A stretch of 48,966 nt of DNA, from positions 1 through 48,966 of IMG/VR virus record IMGVR_UViG_3300025392_000867; one strand, given 5' to 3'. Shown here one piece after another: positions 9,273-19,327 of the stretch. The position numbers and the translations under genes were made by a program. The stretch comes from a virus (taxonomy: Duplodnaviria; Caudoviricetes). The notes beneath the pieces were generated by a model. It worked only from the letters and a program-made list of their open reading frames with translations, was not told the DNA's origin and searched no databases. The number at the start of each line of letters is the position of its first letter. The first letter of the stretch is position 1.

Positions 9273-9992
9273 ATGACCTTATTAACTGAAAGATACGACT
9301 ATACTCCTTTAAACAGAGAAAGTGTAGAAGGCAAGCGTTTATACGCTACACCTGACGGACAAAAACTGCCATCCGTTACAACAATATTAGACAAGACTAA
9401 ACCATATGAAAAGGTACAGGCCTTACTCAATTGGAAAAAAGCTGTCGGTGAAGTAAAAGCACAGGAAATTGTAACCGAAGCGGCATCGCGTGGTACACGT
9501 ATGCACAAGTATATCGAAGACTATATTACCAGTGGTGTACTTAACGATCCAGGAACAAATCCATATAGTATACAAAGCCACAAAATGGCTAAACATATTA
9601 TTGAACACGGCCTTAAGAACGTTAACGAAGTCTGGGGTGTAGAAGTAGGTCTATACTACCCAGGCCTGTATGCAGGTAGTACAGACTGTGTGGGTGTACA
9701 TTCAGGCGATCCAGCTATTATGGACCATAAACAGACAAACAAGCCTAAAAAAGAAGAGTGGATCGAAGACTATTATTTGCAAATGGTTGCGTATGCTCTA
9801 GCACATAATGAGATACACGGAACTAACATTCAAAAGGGTGTGGTGTTTATGTGTGTAAAACCCCCAGAAATAGGTAAAACACTAACTTGGGGAGAACCTG
9901 CTTATCAGGAGTTTATACTTACTCCGGACAAGTTTTCTTATTGGGAACGTCGCTGGTGGGATAGAGTAGAAGAATACTACAGTAAGAACTGA
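9273..9992 (+). CDS. PD-(D/E)XK exonuclease (Cas4/MGME1-like)
   Basis: PSVTTIL, RGTRMH, E...AGSTD...IMDHK, YYLQMVAYA. Confidence 0.85.
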   Translation: MTLLTERYDYTPLNRESVEGKRLYATPDGQKLPSVTTILDKTKPYEKVQALLNWKKAVGEVKAQEIVTEAASRGTRMHKYIEDYITSGVLNDPGTNPYSIQSHKMAKHIIEHGLKNVNEVWGVEVGLYYPGLYAGSTDCVGVHSGDPAIMDHKQTNKPKKEEWIEDYYLQMVAYALAHNEIHGTNIQKGVVFMCVKPPEIGKTLTWGEPAYQEFILTPDKFSYWERRWWDRVEEYYSKN

Positions 9993-10019
9993 TAAATATC
10001 CTATATAGAGGATATTTCA

Positions 10020-11939
10020 ATGGCTGTCGTACAGATATCAAAAATACAAATTCGCCGTGGCAAAGCCAAAGACGGCACAGGATTGCCACAACTAGCTAGC
10101 GGTGAAATGGCATGGGCGGTTGATACCCAGCAATTATACATCGGTAACGGTAGTGTAGCAGAAGGATCTCCGGCTGTTGGTAATACTCGTTTACTAACTG
10201 AAAACGATCTTAGTAGTTATAGTAATTTGCTAGGTTTATTAAGTTATAGTTATAAATCTACCGATACTGCTATTACAACTGGTGCTAGTGCTAATAGCCC
10301 AATACAGCGTACATTCCAACTTAGATTAGATGACAGAGTAAACACTGCCGACTTTGGCACAGTTGCTAATGCTTCGACAGATGATACAGATGCACTACAA
10401 CGTGCAATTGATCAATTATTTTTAAACCCAAGTCATCCAAGCTCTACATACAACAACGTTTATCCTAGTGGAATTCCAGCGGCTGTCAGTACACGAACAG
10501 TATTAGAAATTCCAGCAGGTATTTACTATACTTCGAATACAATTTATATTCCTAGTTATACAACACTACAAGGTCCAGGCCCAGACAAAGCAATTATATA
10601 TTATACACCTACAAAGACATATACCGGTTCTACTACTTCTACTAGTCCGGTTGTTGTAATGTTTAGTGCTAGAGTAGGTATGGTTGGAGCAAGTGTAACC
10701 GGTACTGGTATTCCTGCTAATACCACAATCGTTTCTATTGTTGCTGGACAAAGTATAACATTAAGTAGTGCCGCAACATCAAGTAATGTAAACATTGGAA
10801 TTACAATTACTGTTACTGGCCCAGCTATACAGTTTGTTAATGATTCGAGTACAATAGGAAACCCTAGCTCAATTACTATTACACAAGGTGTTACTCAACC
10901 ACGTGGTATTAAAATTAATGGAATAACTGTACATTGTACTAGCGGCGTGAACACTTGTTTGCAATTAGATTCTGTTAGAGATAGTTCATTTGAAAATATG
11001 ATTTTGCAAGGCGATTGGCTCAGTGCGTTCAATGTTAACTGTGTTGGTGTAGCATTAAACTCAACTTCTACACTAGTAACATGCGAGAACAATATATTTA
11101 GAAACATAGTGTTTAACAGTTTTACTTACGGTGTAGCTTCTAAGTATGATGCATTGAATAATAGATTTGAAAATTGTTATTTTAATGATATGCAACGAGC
11201 ATTTAATTTAGGACAAGGGTCAAATGGATCTACTCCTGGTCAAGTCTACGGACCACGCCAAACACAAATTATCGGCTCTAAGTTTTATAATATCAAACAA
11301 CAGGCCGTATATTTAGAACGTGGAGTTGGTAACACAGTAAATGATAATAAGTTTACCAACGTTGGCAATAATGGTGCAGGCAATGCAGGTGCAATATATC
11401 CGCAAGTTTATTTTAATACTTTTGGTAATAGTGTTAATAACAATGCTTCGGATAGAGGCGGTGATTTATTGACTAGCATACTTGCTACACCATATGTTGG
11501 TGAGTTAGCCGGGCATGGTATATATAGATCATTTGGTACTAATACTGTACAGATAGGTTATCACCCTTCATCTGTTTTCTTATTTAGATTACCAGTTAGC
11601 ACAGATTATGTTGGAAATCCAACTGGTTCAATTAACTATGTTGTCGATTATTATTATTTGAGCAACACTAATAATTTTAGTCGAAGAGGAACATTAACTA
11701 TTACAGCAGATATTGCTACCGGTAAACTACAAATGAGCGACGAATTTGATTATGCAGGTCTTGATCCTAGTAATTTGATAGCACTGGTCTTAGATTTCAA
11801 TGCTACATTCTTAGACAGAACTGGCGTAACATACACTGGTGCAATTGGACAAGTTCCATATTCGATAGCCATTAACTATGTTAATCAATTGACTAATGAT
11901 GCCGGAACGATGGGCTTCACATATACTGCTCAACAATAA
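10020..11939 (+). CDS. tail fibre/spike protein with Mtd-like N-terminus and beta-helix domain
   Basis: IQIRRG...LASGEMAWAVDTQQLYIGNG; DFG..DDTDALQRAI pectate-lyase-3-like motif; Asn/Gly-rich helix repeats. Confidence 0.75.
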   Translation: MAVVQISKIQIRRGKAKDGTGLPQLASGEMAWAVDTQQLYIGNGSVAEGSPAVGNTRLLTENDLSSYSNLLGLLSYSYKSTDTAITTGASANSPIQRTFQLRLDDRVNTADFGTVANASTDDTDALQRAIDQLFLNPSHPSSTYNNVYPSGIPAAVSTRTVLEIPAGIYYTSNTIYIPSYTTLQGPGPDKAIIYYTPTKTYTGSTTSTSPVVVMFSARVGMVGASVTGTGIPANTTIVSIVAGQSITLSSAATSSNVNIGITITVTGPAIQFVNDSSTIGNPSSITITQGVTQPRGIKINGITVHCTSGVNTCLQLDSVRDSSFENMILQGDWLSAFNVNCVGVALNSTSTLVTCENNIFRNIVFNSFTYGVASKYDALNNRFENCYFNDMQRAFNLGQGSNGSTPGQVYGPRQTQIIGSKFYNIKQQAVYLERGVGNTVNDNKFTNVGNNGAGNAGAIYPQVYFNTFGNSVNNNASDRGGDLLTSILATPYVGELAGHGIYRSFGTNTVQIGYHPSSVFLFRLPVSTDYVGNPTGSINYVVDYYYLSNTNNFSRRGTLTITADIATGKLQMSDEFDYAGLDPSNLIALVLDFNATFLDRTGVTYTGAIGQVPYSIAINYVNQLTNDAGTMGFTYTAQQ

Positions 11940-11948
11940 TCAATCCGA

Positions 11949-11977
11949 TAGACACAACTAAAAAATGCGTATATAAT
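11949..11977 (+). promoter_or_regulatory. sigma70 promoter for nrdAB
   Basis: TAGACA-17 nt-TATAAT. Confidence 0.6.
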
Positions 11978-12043
11978 TCATTTTATTACTATGATAAAAT
12001 ATACCGCAGTCTTCGAAAAAACCTAGCAAAATCCTATGTAAAA

Positions 12044-12070
12044 CAACGACTAACGAATAATTAGTCGTTG
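12044..12070. repeat. perfect 10-bp inverted repeat upstream of nrdA
   Basis: CAACGACTAA-7 nt-TTAGTCGTTG. Confidence 0.7.
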
Positions 12071-12129
12071 ATTTTGCCACCACTAAATACTACCTAAATA
12101 TTAACACAGTACAACTATAAGAAAGAGCA

Positions 12130-14472
12130 ATGACAAAGATTACAGTAATTAAAAGAAACGGTGAAAGAGAACCGTTAATGATTGAAAAGTGGCAGGCACA
12201 GGTAGCAAAAGTCTGTAAAGGTATTGCAGACGTTAGTCAGTCAATGATCGAAATTAAAAGTCAACCACACTTTTACGATGGTATTACTACTAATGAAATT
12301 GACAACATCACATTACGTGCTATTGTAGATTTGATTGACGTAGAACATAATCCAGATGTTGGTCACACTAACTATCAATATGTAGCAGGTAAACAACGTC
12401 TTAGTATTTTGCGAAAGGACGTTTACGGTGGTTATGAAGTTCCACATCTTTATGAAATCGTAAAAAAGAATGTAGCTACCGGTTTGTATACTAGTGAACT
12501 TCTCGACTGGTATACTGAAGAAGATTGGAACCGCATGAATGAAATGTTGGATCATGAAAAAGATGAAACATATTCATATGCGGCTATTGAGCAGTTGATT
12601 GAGAAGTATCTTGTTAAGAATAGAGCAACAAAGGAAACTTATGAAACTCCACAGATTAGATACATGGTTGCGGCCGCTACTGTCTTCCATAAAGAAGATC
12701 CAAATAGCGCAAGAATGCGTTACATTAAAGAATATTATCAAGCCGCTAGTGATGGTCTGTTTACTCTTGCGACTCCTGTTCTGGCTGGATTGGGAACACC
12801 AACAAAACAATTTAGCTCTTGTGTGCTTATACGTAGTGACGATGATTTGGATAGTATTTTTGCCTCAGGAGAGATGATGGCCAAATATGCTAGTAAACGT
12901 GCTGGCATTGGTTTAGAGATCGGTCGCTTGCGTCCATTAGGTAGTCCTATCCGTGGCGGAGAAATCATGCATACTGGTATGATACCATTCTTGAAAAAGT
13001 GGTTTGGAGATTTAAGAAGTTGTTCACAAGGAGGCATACGCAATGCTAGTGCTACAGTTTTTTACCCTATCTGGCATCATCAGTTTGATGATCTTATTGT
13101 GCTTAAAAATAATCAAGGCACTGAAGAAACCCGAGTAAGACACATGGACTACGGTGTTGTACTATCTGCGTTCTTTTGGAGAAGATTTAAAAACAAAGAA
13201 CAGATTACATTCTTTGACCCTAACGAAGTACCTGACTTGTATGAAGCGTTTTATAAGAACACAGCCTTGTTCGAAGAGTTATATGTAAAATACGAAAAGC
13301 GTAAAGACCTACGTAAGAAAACTATGAATGCAGAAGATGTGTTCAAAGGCGGAATACTAAAGGAGCGCACTGACACAGGGCGTATCTATCTAGTGTTTAT
13401 TGACAATGTACAGAATCAAGGACCATTTGATCCTGAGTATCATACTATCTACCAAAGTAACTTGTGTTGTGAGATCCTACTACCTACAAAATCTTTCAAA
13501 CGTCTGGATGACGTTGAAGGTCGCATAGCGTTATGTACACTAGGATCAATCAACTGGGGAGCATTCCGTAATCCAGAAGACATGCGTCGTGCTTGTCGTA
13601 TACTGCAACGTAGTCTATGTAATATTCTGGATTACCAAGACTTCTTATCAATCCAGAGCAAGTTATCTAACGATGAAATACAGCCATTGGGTATTGGTGT
13701 AACTAACCTGGCCTATTGGCATGCTAAACGTGGATTGAAGTATGGAGAGAAAGATGCACTACAAGATGTTAAGAGTTGGATGGAGCATCAAGCCTATTAT
13801 CTAACTGAAGCAACTGTTGAACTTGCCCGAGAGCGTGGCCCTTGTCTGCATAGCACACATACACGATATGGCAAAGGTATCTTTCCTTGGGAACTACGTG
13901 CTAAAGGTGCAAATGAACTTGCAGACTTTACACCCGAACTTGACTGGGAAACACTACGCACCAACATGAAACAGTATGGTGTACGCAACGCTACTCTAAT
14001 GGCTATTGCACCAGTCGAAAGCAGTAGTGTTGTTATAAACAGCACGAATGGTATTGAAATGCCTATGAGCCTTATATCAGTTAAGGAATCAAAAGCAGGA
14101 TCATTTGTACAAGTTGTTCCAGAGTATCATAAACTCAAGAATAGATATCAAATGATGTGGGATCAGAAAGATTGTGATGGTTATTTAAAAACCGCGGCAG
14201 TACTTGCGGCTTATGTAGATCAATCAATTAGCACAAATACATTTTATAATCCAGCGCATTTTGCGGATCGTAAAGTACCGACTACATTGATTGCCAAAAA
14301 CTTAATGCAAGCCCATCTATGGGGATTGAAAACATTCTACTATAGTCTTATTAACAAAGCAGGTAGTAAGCAGGTAGCAGAAGAAACTCCAGAGATGACA
14401 CAAGTGAACGGTGTCCAGATGAATGGCCACTACGACGAATTAGAAGATGATTGCGAGGCATGTAAACTATGA
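12130..14472 (+). CDS. nrdA: class Ia ribonucleotide reductase alpha subunit
   Basis: ATP cone (VIKRNG), FSSCVL, SNLCCEI, TFYY, C-terminal CEACKL. Confidence 0.97.
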   Translation: MTKITVIKRNGEREPLMIEKWQAQVAKVCKGIADVSQSMIEIKSQPHFYDGITTNEIDNITLRAIVDLIDVEHNPDVGHTNYQYVAGKQRLSILRKDVYGGYEVPHLYEIVKKNVATGLYTSELLDWYTEEDWNRMNEMLDHEKDETYSYAAIEQLIEKYLVKNRATKETYETPQIRYMVAAATVFHKEDPNSARMRYIKEYYQAASDGLFTLATPVLAGLGTPTKQFSSCVLIRSDDDLDSIFASGEMMAKYASKRAGIGLEIGRLRPLGSPIRGGEIMHTGMIPFLKKWFGDLRSCSQGGIRNASATVFYPIWHHQFDDLIVLKNNQGTEETRVRHMDYGVVLSAFFWRRFKNKEQITFFDPNEVPDLYEAFYKNTALFEELYVKYEKRKDLRKKTMNAEDVFKGGILKERTDTGRIYLVFIDNVQNQGPFDPEYHTIYQSNLCCEILLPTKSFKRLDDVEGRIALCTLGSINWGAFRNPEDMRRACRILQRSLCNILDYQDFLSIQSKLSNDEIQPLGIGVTNLAYWHAKRGLKYGEKDALQDVKSWMEHQAYYLTEATVELARERGPCLHSTHTRYGKGIFPWELRAKGANELADFTPELDWETLRTNMKQYGVRNATLMAIAPVESSSVVINSTNGIEMPMSLISVKESKAGSFVQVVPEYHKLKNRYQMMWDQKDCDGYLKTAAVLAAYVDQSISTNTFYNPAHFADRKVPTTLIAKNLMQAHLWGLKTFYYSLINKAGSKQVAEETPEMTQVNGVQMNGHYDELEDDCEACKL

Positions 14473-15569
14473 GTCAAGCTCAGTATAACTTAAACACAAA
14501 GACAGACTATCTTAATCGTAAGATGTTTTTAGACCCAGCTGGTCCTGTTACTATACAACGATTTGAAGAAGTTAAATATAAAAAGATTGCAGACTTTGAA
14601 GCTACAGCACGTGGTTTCTTTTGGCAACCTGAAGAGATTAGTCTAACCAAAGACGCAAATGATTTTAAGGATGCATCAGATGCAATTAAACATATCTTCA
14701 CTAGTAACTTGCTTAGGCAAACTGCTCTTGACAGTTTGCAAGGTCGCGGCCCAAGTCAAATCTTTACTCCGGTCGTAAGTCTTCCAGAACTAGAAGCACT
14801 AGTATACAACTGGACATTCTTTGAAACTAATATTCATAGCCGTAGCTACAGCCATATTATTCGTAATATCTACGGTGTACCTAAAGAAGTGTTTAATACA
14901 ATCCACGATACTAAAGAAATTGTAGATATGGCATCAAGTGTAGGCAATTATTACGATGCATTACACTTAATTAACTGTCGTAAAGAAGCAGGGGAAAAGA
15001 TTAACGAAACTACACATATCAAAGCAATCTATATGGCTCTACATGCTAGCTATGCACTAGAAGCGTTCCGCTTTATGGTTAGCTTTGCTACTAGCTTGGC
15101 CATGGTCGAGAATAAGATCTTCATCGGTAATGGTAATATTATTAGTTTGATCCTACAAGACGAACTACTACACAAAGGTTGGACAGCTTTCTTGATTAAT
15201 CAAGTGGTCAAAGAAGATCCACGCTTTGCTGTACTTAAAGAAGAATGTGAACAAGAAGTATACCAATTGTACATGGATGTTATCCGTGAAGAAAAACAAT
15301 GGGCCGATTACTTGTTCCAAAAAGGTCCAGTGATTGGTTTGAACGCGGCTATCCTAAAAGATTTTGTAGACTATACAGCAGTAGGCGCATTGAAAGATAT
15401 TGGTATCAAATATCAGCAAGCCGCTCCAAAGTCAACACCAATTCCTTGGTTTAACAAACACGTTGACACAAGTAAGAAACAAACTGCCCTGCAAGAAAAC
15501 GAATCCACTAATTATGTTATTGGAGTTATGGGTGAAGGCATTGACTACGATGCATTGCCTGCGTTATAA
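14469..15569 (+). CDS. nrdB: ribonucleotide reductase beta subunit
   Basis: FFWQPEEI, ETNIHSRSY, LEAFRF, DELLH di-iron ligands. Confidence 0.97.
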   Translation: MSQAQYNLNTKTDYLNRKMFLDPAGPVTIQRFEEVKYKKIADFEATARGFFWQPEEISLTKDANDFKDASDAIKHIFTSNLLRQTALDSLQGRGPSQIFTPVVSLPELEALVYNWTFFETNIHSRSYSHIIRNIYGVPKEVFNTIHDTKEIVDMASSVGNYYDALHLINCRKEAGEKINETTHIKAIYMALHASYALEAFRFMVSFATSLAMVENKIFIGNGNIISLILQDELLHKGWTAFLINQVVKEDPRFAVLKEECEQEVYQLYMDVIREEKQWADYLFQKGPVIGLNAAILKDFVDYTAVGALKDIGIKYQQAAPKSTPIPWFNKHVDTSKKQTALQENESTNYVIGVMGEGIDYDALPAL

Positions 15570-15587
15570 TAGTAAAAAGGAATTAAG

Positions 15588-15815
15588 ATGAAAGCAATAG
15601 TATGGAGTAAAAATGCTTGCCCATTTTGTGTGCAGGCCAAGGCCTTGCTCGAGATGAAAGGTATCGAATACGAAGAAAGAAATGTACAAGAAGATTGGAC
15701 TAAAGAACAACTACTAGAAGTAGTACCTACAGCCAGAACTTTGCCGCAGATATTTTTAGACGATAATTATATAGGCGGGTTCACAGAACTCAAGAAACAT
15801 TTCGAAAAGGTATAA
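15588..15815 (+). CDS. glutaredoxin
   Basis: CPFC, TLPQIF, IGGF. Confidence 0.93.
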   Translation: MKAIVWSKNACPFCVQAKALLEMKGIEYEERNVQEDWTKEQLLEVVPTARTLPQIFLDDNYIGGFTELKKHFEKV

Positions 15816-15816
15816 T

Positions 15817-16107
15817 ATGTTAATTTCAAAAGGTATCGCAGAAGGCGAAGTAGTTACTATCAAAACAACAGCAGGCGAAGAAATTGTCGCCAAGTTGGTT
15901 GAAGATGGCCCATTAGGCGTTCGAGTTAAGAAACCACTGTGCTTAACAGCGACCAAAGATGGAATTGGACTTGTACCATTCTTATTTACTACAGATCCAG
16001 ATGCTGAGGTTACTATTAACAAACACAGTATAATGGTTTTGGCAGCTACTATTAAAGATGCCGCAGATCGTTACACAGAACAAACATCAGGGATTAAACT
16101 AGTATAA
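15817..16107 (+). CDS. small beta-barrel (Sm-like) hypothetical protein
   Basis: VTIKTTAGEEIVAKL pattern. Confidence 0.6.
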   Translation: MLISKGIAEGEVVTIKTTAGEEIVAKLVEDGPLGVRVKKPLCLTATKDGIGLVPFLFTTDPDAEVTINKHSIMVLAATIKDAADRYTEQTSGIKLV

Positions 16108-16415
16108 TGCCAAGTATAAGTGTTGCTGGTGATACAAACGTACACGGTGGTGCACCGTTTGATTCCGGACTTAGTACCAATGTGCTTGCCGGTGGCAAAG
16201 GCATTGCACTAACAGGACAAACTACAAGTAATGAAAATGACGACTTGTATAATCAAAATCGACGCGGACACCCACAAGGGATTGCCGCTAATCAATTAGC
16301 AGTGGGCGGAAGTGGATCGGTATTCATTAATGGCAAACCAATCCATCGGGTCGGCGATGCCAGAATAGATGGCGACACAGCAGGCCCTGGACTTGGGTCT
16401 TGCCAAGTTGGTTGA
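16107..16415 (+). CDS. PAAR-like spike tip protein
   Basis: GDTNVHG, GSGSVFINGKPIHRVGD. Confidence 0.8.
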   Translation: MPSISVAGDTNVHGGAPFDSGLSTNVLAGGKGIALTGQTTSNENDDLYNQNRRGHPQGIAANQLAVGGSGSVFINGKPIHRVGDARIDGDTAGPGLGSCQVG

Positions 16416-16479
16416 TCTTTATTTTTAACCCCTATACACTAGATATAAGTACTCTGTACTTGCCTTAAAGGAGAATTAA

Positions 16480-16674
16480 ATGGCTACAAACAAATACGCA
16501 GAATTCACTGCAATTATCGAAGCAATGGAATCAGATTTTGAAAAGTTTTATGATAAAGAAGTAGGTGCCGCAGGCACTCGCGTTCGTAAGCATTGTCAGG
16601 ATTTGGCTAAATTGTGTAAAGAAACTCGTAACGATGTTACAGCAGTTAAAAACGCAAGAAAAGAAGCCAAATAA
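16480..16674 (+). CDS. histone H1-like (Hc1 N-terminal domain) small protein
   Basis: DFEKFYDK..AAGTRVRK pattern; AAGGAG RBS. Confidence 0.65.
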   Translation: MATNKYAEFTAIIEAMESDFEKFYDKEVGAAGTRVRKHCQDLAKLCKETRNDVTAVKNARKEAK

Positions 16675-16728
16675 GTCAACTAAATATTGGTCTAAGGCGT
16701 TATATTATTATACGCTAAGGAGAGTATT

Positions 16729-17085
16729 ATGAAAAGTAAACTTATTACTAGTTCGGTTTTTGCCAGTATTTTGGCAATGAGTGCGTTGTTTGCTTATAGT
16801 CCTAGTGCCCAAGCACAATGGCATCATCATGGTGGCTATTATAGAGGTGGGTGTTATGGATGCGGATGGGTTGCTCCAGCATTAATTGGCGGTGTAATTG
16901 GATATGAATTATCTCAACCTCGTACAGTAATTGTAGAACAAGCTCCTGTTTATATACAACAGCCTGCTCCTGGAACAGTATATGTAAATCCTCCAGGAAC
17001 AATATCTCCCCCAACAGGATATCATTATCAGTATATGATAGATCCTGCTACTAACCAAACTAAGATCGTACTAGTACCAAACTAA
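16729..17085 (+). CDS. exported Gly/Pro-rich protein
   Basis: Signal peptide, WVAPALIGGVIG, Pro-rich tail. Confidence 0.7.
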   Translation: MKSKLITSSVFASILAMSALFAYSPSAQAQWHHHGGYYRGGCYGCGWVAPALIGGVIGYELSQPRTVIVEQAPVYIQQPAPGTVYVNPPGTISPPTGYHYQYMIDPATNQTKIVLVPN

Positions 17086-17086
17086 G

Positions 17087-17115
17087 TTGACAATCTCCAA
17101 AGGTGATGCTATACT
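17087..17115 (+). promoter_or_regulatory. sigma70 promoter
   Basis: TTGACA-17 nt-TATACT with extended -10 TG. Confidence 0.8.
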
Positions 17116-17147
17116 ATTAGCATTGTTATAACTTTTGGAGATTTATT

Positions 17148-17546
17148 TTGAGTATGCATTTAGAAGGTCCGTGGTTAAGTACTACTGGCAAAAAGAAAGG
17201 CAAAAAGAAGTTTGCATCGGCCGCCGCAAAAAGAAAAAGTGAACAATTGGATCGTGAGTGGAAAGAATTACTCAAACGTCAAGGACTTGAATTAGAAGAA
17301 AAGAAACGTAAACGTGCCTTAACTTCGGAAACTTTAAGTTCTACTGGTTACAGTTTATCCATCCCTTCTGGTAGAAACACAACTGCTCATATTCCTAGCA
17401 GAAATACTGGCGGCAATGCAACTTTGGCTCCAGCAAAAGTTTATACAGGAACCAAGGTCAAAGGTATTGCAACCATGCATAAAAGTAATGCAGTACCAAT
17501 TTTCAGCGATGAAGAAGCAGTTGATATCGCTCGTATGAGGCGTTAA
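17148..17546 (+). CDS. conserved-looking basic phage protein
   Basis: Lys/Arg-rich; C-terminal GIATMHKSNAVP. Confidence 0.7.
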   Translation: MSMHLEGPWLSTTGKKKGKKKFASAAAKRKSEQLDREWKELLKRQGLELEEKKRKRALTSETLSSTGYSLSIPSGRNTTAHIPSRNTGGNATLAPAKVYTGTKVKGIATMHKSNAVPIFSDEEAVDIARMRR

Positions 17547-17714
17547 AGCATGGTCGCTCATAATAATAGTATTTTACCTCAGGCTGTAGAGGATAACTAT
17601 ATATTGTCCACTAAAAGTTTATTGGGCAAGGCTAAATTTTACAGGAGAAATAAAGACAGCCAAAACAACAATGACGGTACTAGCGATACCTCATCCAGCG
17701 TAAAGGAGAAAAAA

Positions 17715-18245
17715 ATGATACGCATTATCAAAACAGTAGTATTCCTATTAGCACTAGCATTGGTAGGAACAGCAGGGTATAAAGTAATCATCTACAAACT
17801 AGATACTCTTAAAAATGCTCGCGAAAATGTGAGCACAGTTACAGCAGAAGTAAGACAAAAACAGTTAGACTGTCTAGCTCGTAACATTTACCACGAAGCA
17901 GGCTACGAACCTTTTGAAGGTAAGGTAGCAGTTGCCCAAGTTACTATCAACAGAGCAGAAAGCGGACAATTTCCATCTGATATCTGTCAGGTAGTTTATC
18001 AAAAGAATATAGTATATGAAAAAGTACTATGTCAATTTAGTTGGTACTGCGACAGCGCCAGCGCCAAGAAGCCAATGAACGGCCCAGTCTATACAGAAAG
18101 TATGGAAGTAGCAAAGAAAGTGCTATTGGAAGGATTCCGCATTGACAGCGTTAAGAAAGCATTGTATTATCATGCTGACTATGTAAATCCGGCATGGGGT
18201 AAAAAACCCATATCAAAAATTGGCCATCACGTATTTTATAATTAA
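17715..18245 (+). CDS. cell wall hydrolase (SleB/Hydrolase_2) with N-terminal anchor
   Basis: CLARNIYHEA, VAQVTINR, CQFSW, YYHADYV, IGHHVFY; AAGGAG RBS favours ATG 17715. Confidence 0.9.
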   Translation: MIRIIKTVVFLLALALVGTAGYKVIIYKLDTLKNARENVSTVTAEVRQKQLDCLARNIYHEAGYEPFEGKVAVAQVTINRAESGQFPSDICQVVYQKNIVYEKVLCQFSWYCDSASAKKPMNGPVYTESMEVAKKVLLEGFRIDSVKKALYYHADYVNPAWGKKPISKIGHHVFYN

Positions 18246-18253
18246 GGACTGAC

Positions 18254-18601
18254 ATGAACGCACAAGTAATTGTACAAAACATCAAGAAAGGTTTGCATGA
18301 TTTTCTTGATTTGGACCTTTGGGTTAAAAACATTAAAGAACATGCTCCCCATGTCAGTGCAGAAACAATGGGCTGGGTAGCAGTAATACTATTGCACCTA
18401 GCTACAGTACCTACAATGGTTGCTGTACTTACAGGATTGACTGAAAAAATGCCCCCAGTGGACATGGTTTTGTTTAGTTGGACTGGATTATTCTGCTTTT
18501 TTATCAAGGCAACTATCCAAAAAGACTTGCTCAACATTGTAACCATTGGATTTGGGTTCTTTGTGCAGGCCGCCCTGTTAGCTTTAATTGTCTTTAAGTA
18601 A
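18254..18601 (+). CDS. membrane protein (about 3 TM), possible holin
   Basis: Hydrophobic segments; adjacent to the hydrolase. Confidence 0.55.
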   Translation: MNAQVIVQNIKKGLHDFLDLDLWVKNIKEHAPHVSAETMGWVAVILLHLATVPTMVAVLTGLTEKMPPVDMVLFSWTGLFCFFIKATIQKDLLNIVTIGFGFFVQAALLALIVFK

Positions 18602-18639
18602 AAAGCTGATAAATACTCTATAAACAAGGAGCAGGTATA

Positions 18640-19314
18640 ATGGCCTCAGGATTTCAATTAGACAGCAACCAATTAACACCGGGCTTGTACCGTGTGGCAA
18701 TTGACACAAGTAATACCACAACTTACCCAGTTTGTTCTGGATCGAGCGTAACTACAGCCCAGGGCGGTATAAACCCGTACGATTGGGATGCTGGTTCGGT
18801 ATATACAGGTGGACTACCGACTAACGCATATTACGCACAAGCACTGGCCCAAGGAAATTTACGTTTTCAACGTATTATCGAATCACTAGCGGCTATTTCA
18901 GATTGCAAAATTTTAGACCCAAGCGTAACAGCAGGTGGTACTAGCGGTAATTATCAACCAACAGCAGTATCGTTTACAGTTTCGTTTGATCGTGATGCAT
19001 TTGTATTGCCAGAATATCAAAAGATGTTAGTGGCCGCAAACTCAGCTAACACAACTTATCTAGGCTTAGATGGCACAACAATTATCAATACAACCGCACT
19101 AGCAGTTAAAGATATTGTTGCCAATGCTATTGCAATGCAAAACGGTTATGGTACAACAGCATTAACTGGTTATTACAAACAGTATCGTCAATTTAACGTG
19201 TCACAGAACGGTGATTCAGCAGTAGCTACTTATATTGTTCAACCTAACACAGGTGCAACTATTTTTGGTACTGTTACAGTTAGCCAGGTAGCACTAACCG
19301 GATTAACATACTAA
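18640..19314 (+). CDS. putative virion protein
   Basis: Late promoter, AAGGAG RBS, Thr/Ala/Gly-rich. Confidence 0.6.
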   Translation: MASGFQLDSNQLTPGLYRVAIDTSNTTTYPVCSGSSVTTAQGGINPYDWDAGSVYTGGLPTNAYYAQALAQGNLRFQRIIESLAAISDCKILDPSVTAGGTSGNYQPTAVSFTVSFDRDAFVLPEYQKMLVAANSANTTYLGLDGTTIINTTALAVKDIVANAIAMQNGYGTTALTGYYKQYRQFNVSQNGDSAVATYIVQPNTGATIFGTVTVSQVALTGLTY

Positions 19315-19327
19315 TAGAAAGGCAAGG

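Noticed and set aside
12078-12110. Possible NrdR boxes upstream of nrdA
   Set aside because: Poor palindromic match; better explained as tandem TAAATA late promoters.
17550-17714. N-terminal extensions from upstream starts in the ORF track (17550, 21995, 22146, 41967, 46644)
   Set aside because: Downstream ATGs have better RBS or gene coupling and match the domain boundaries.
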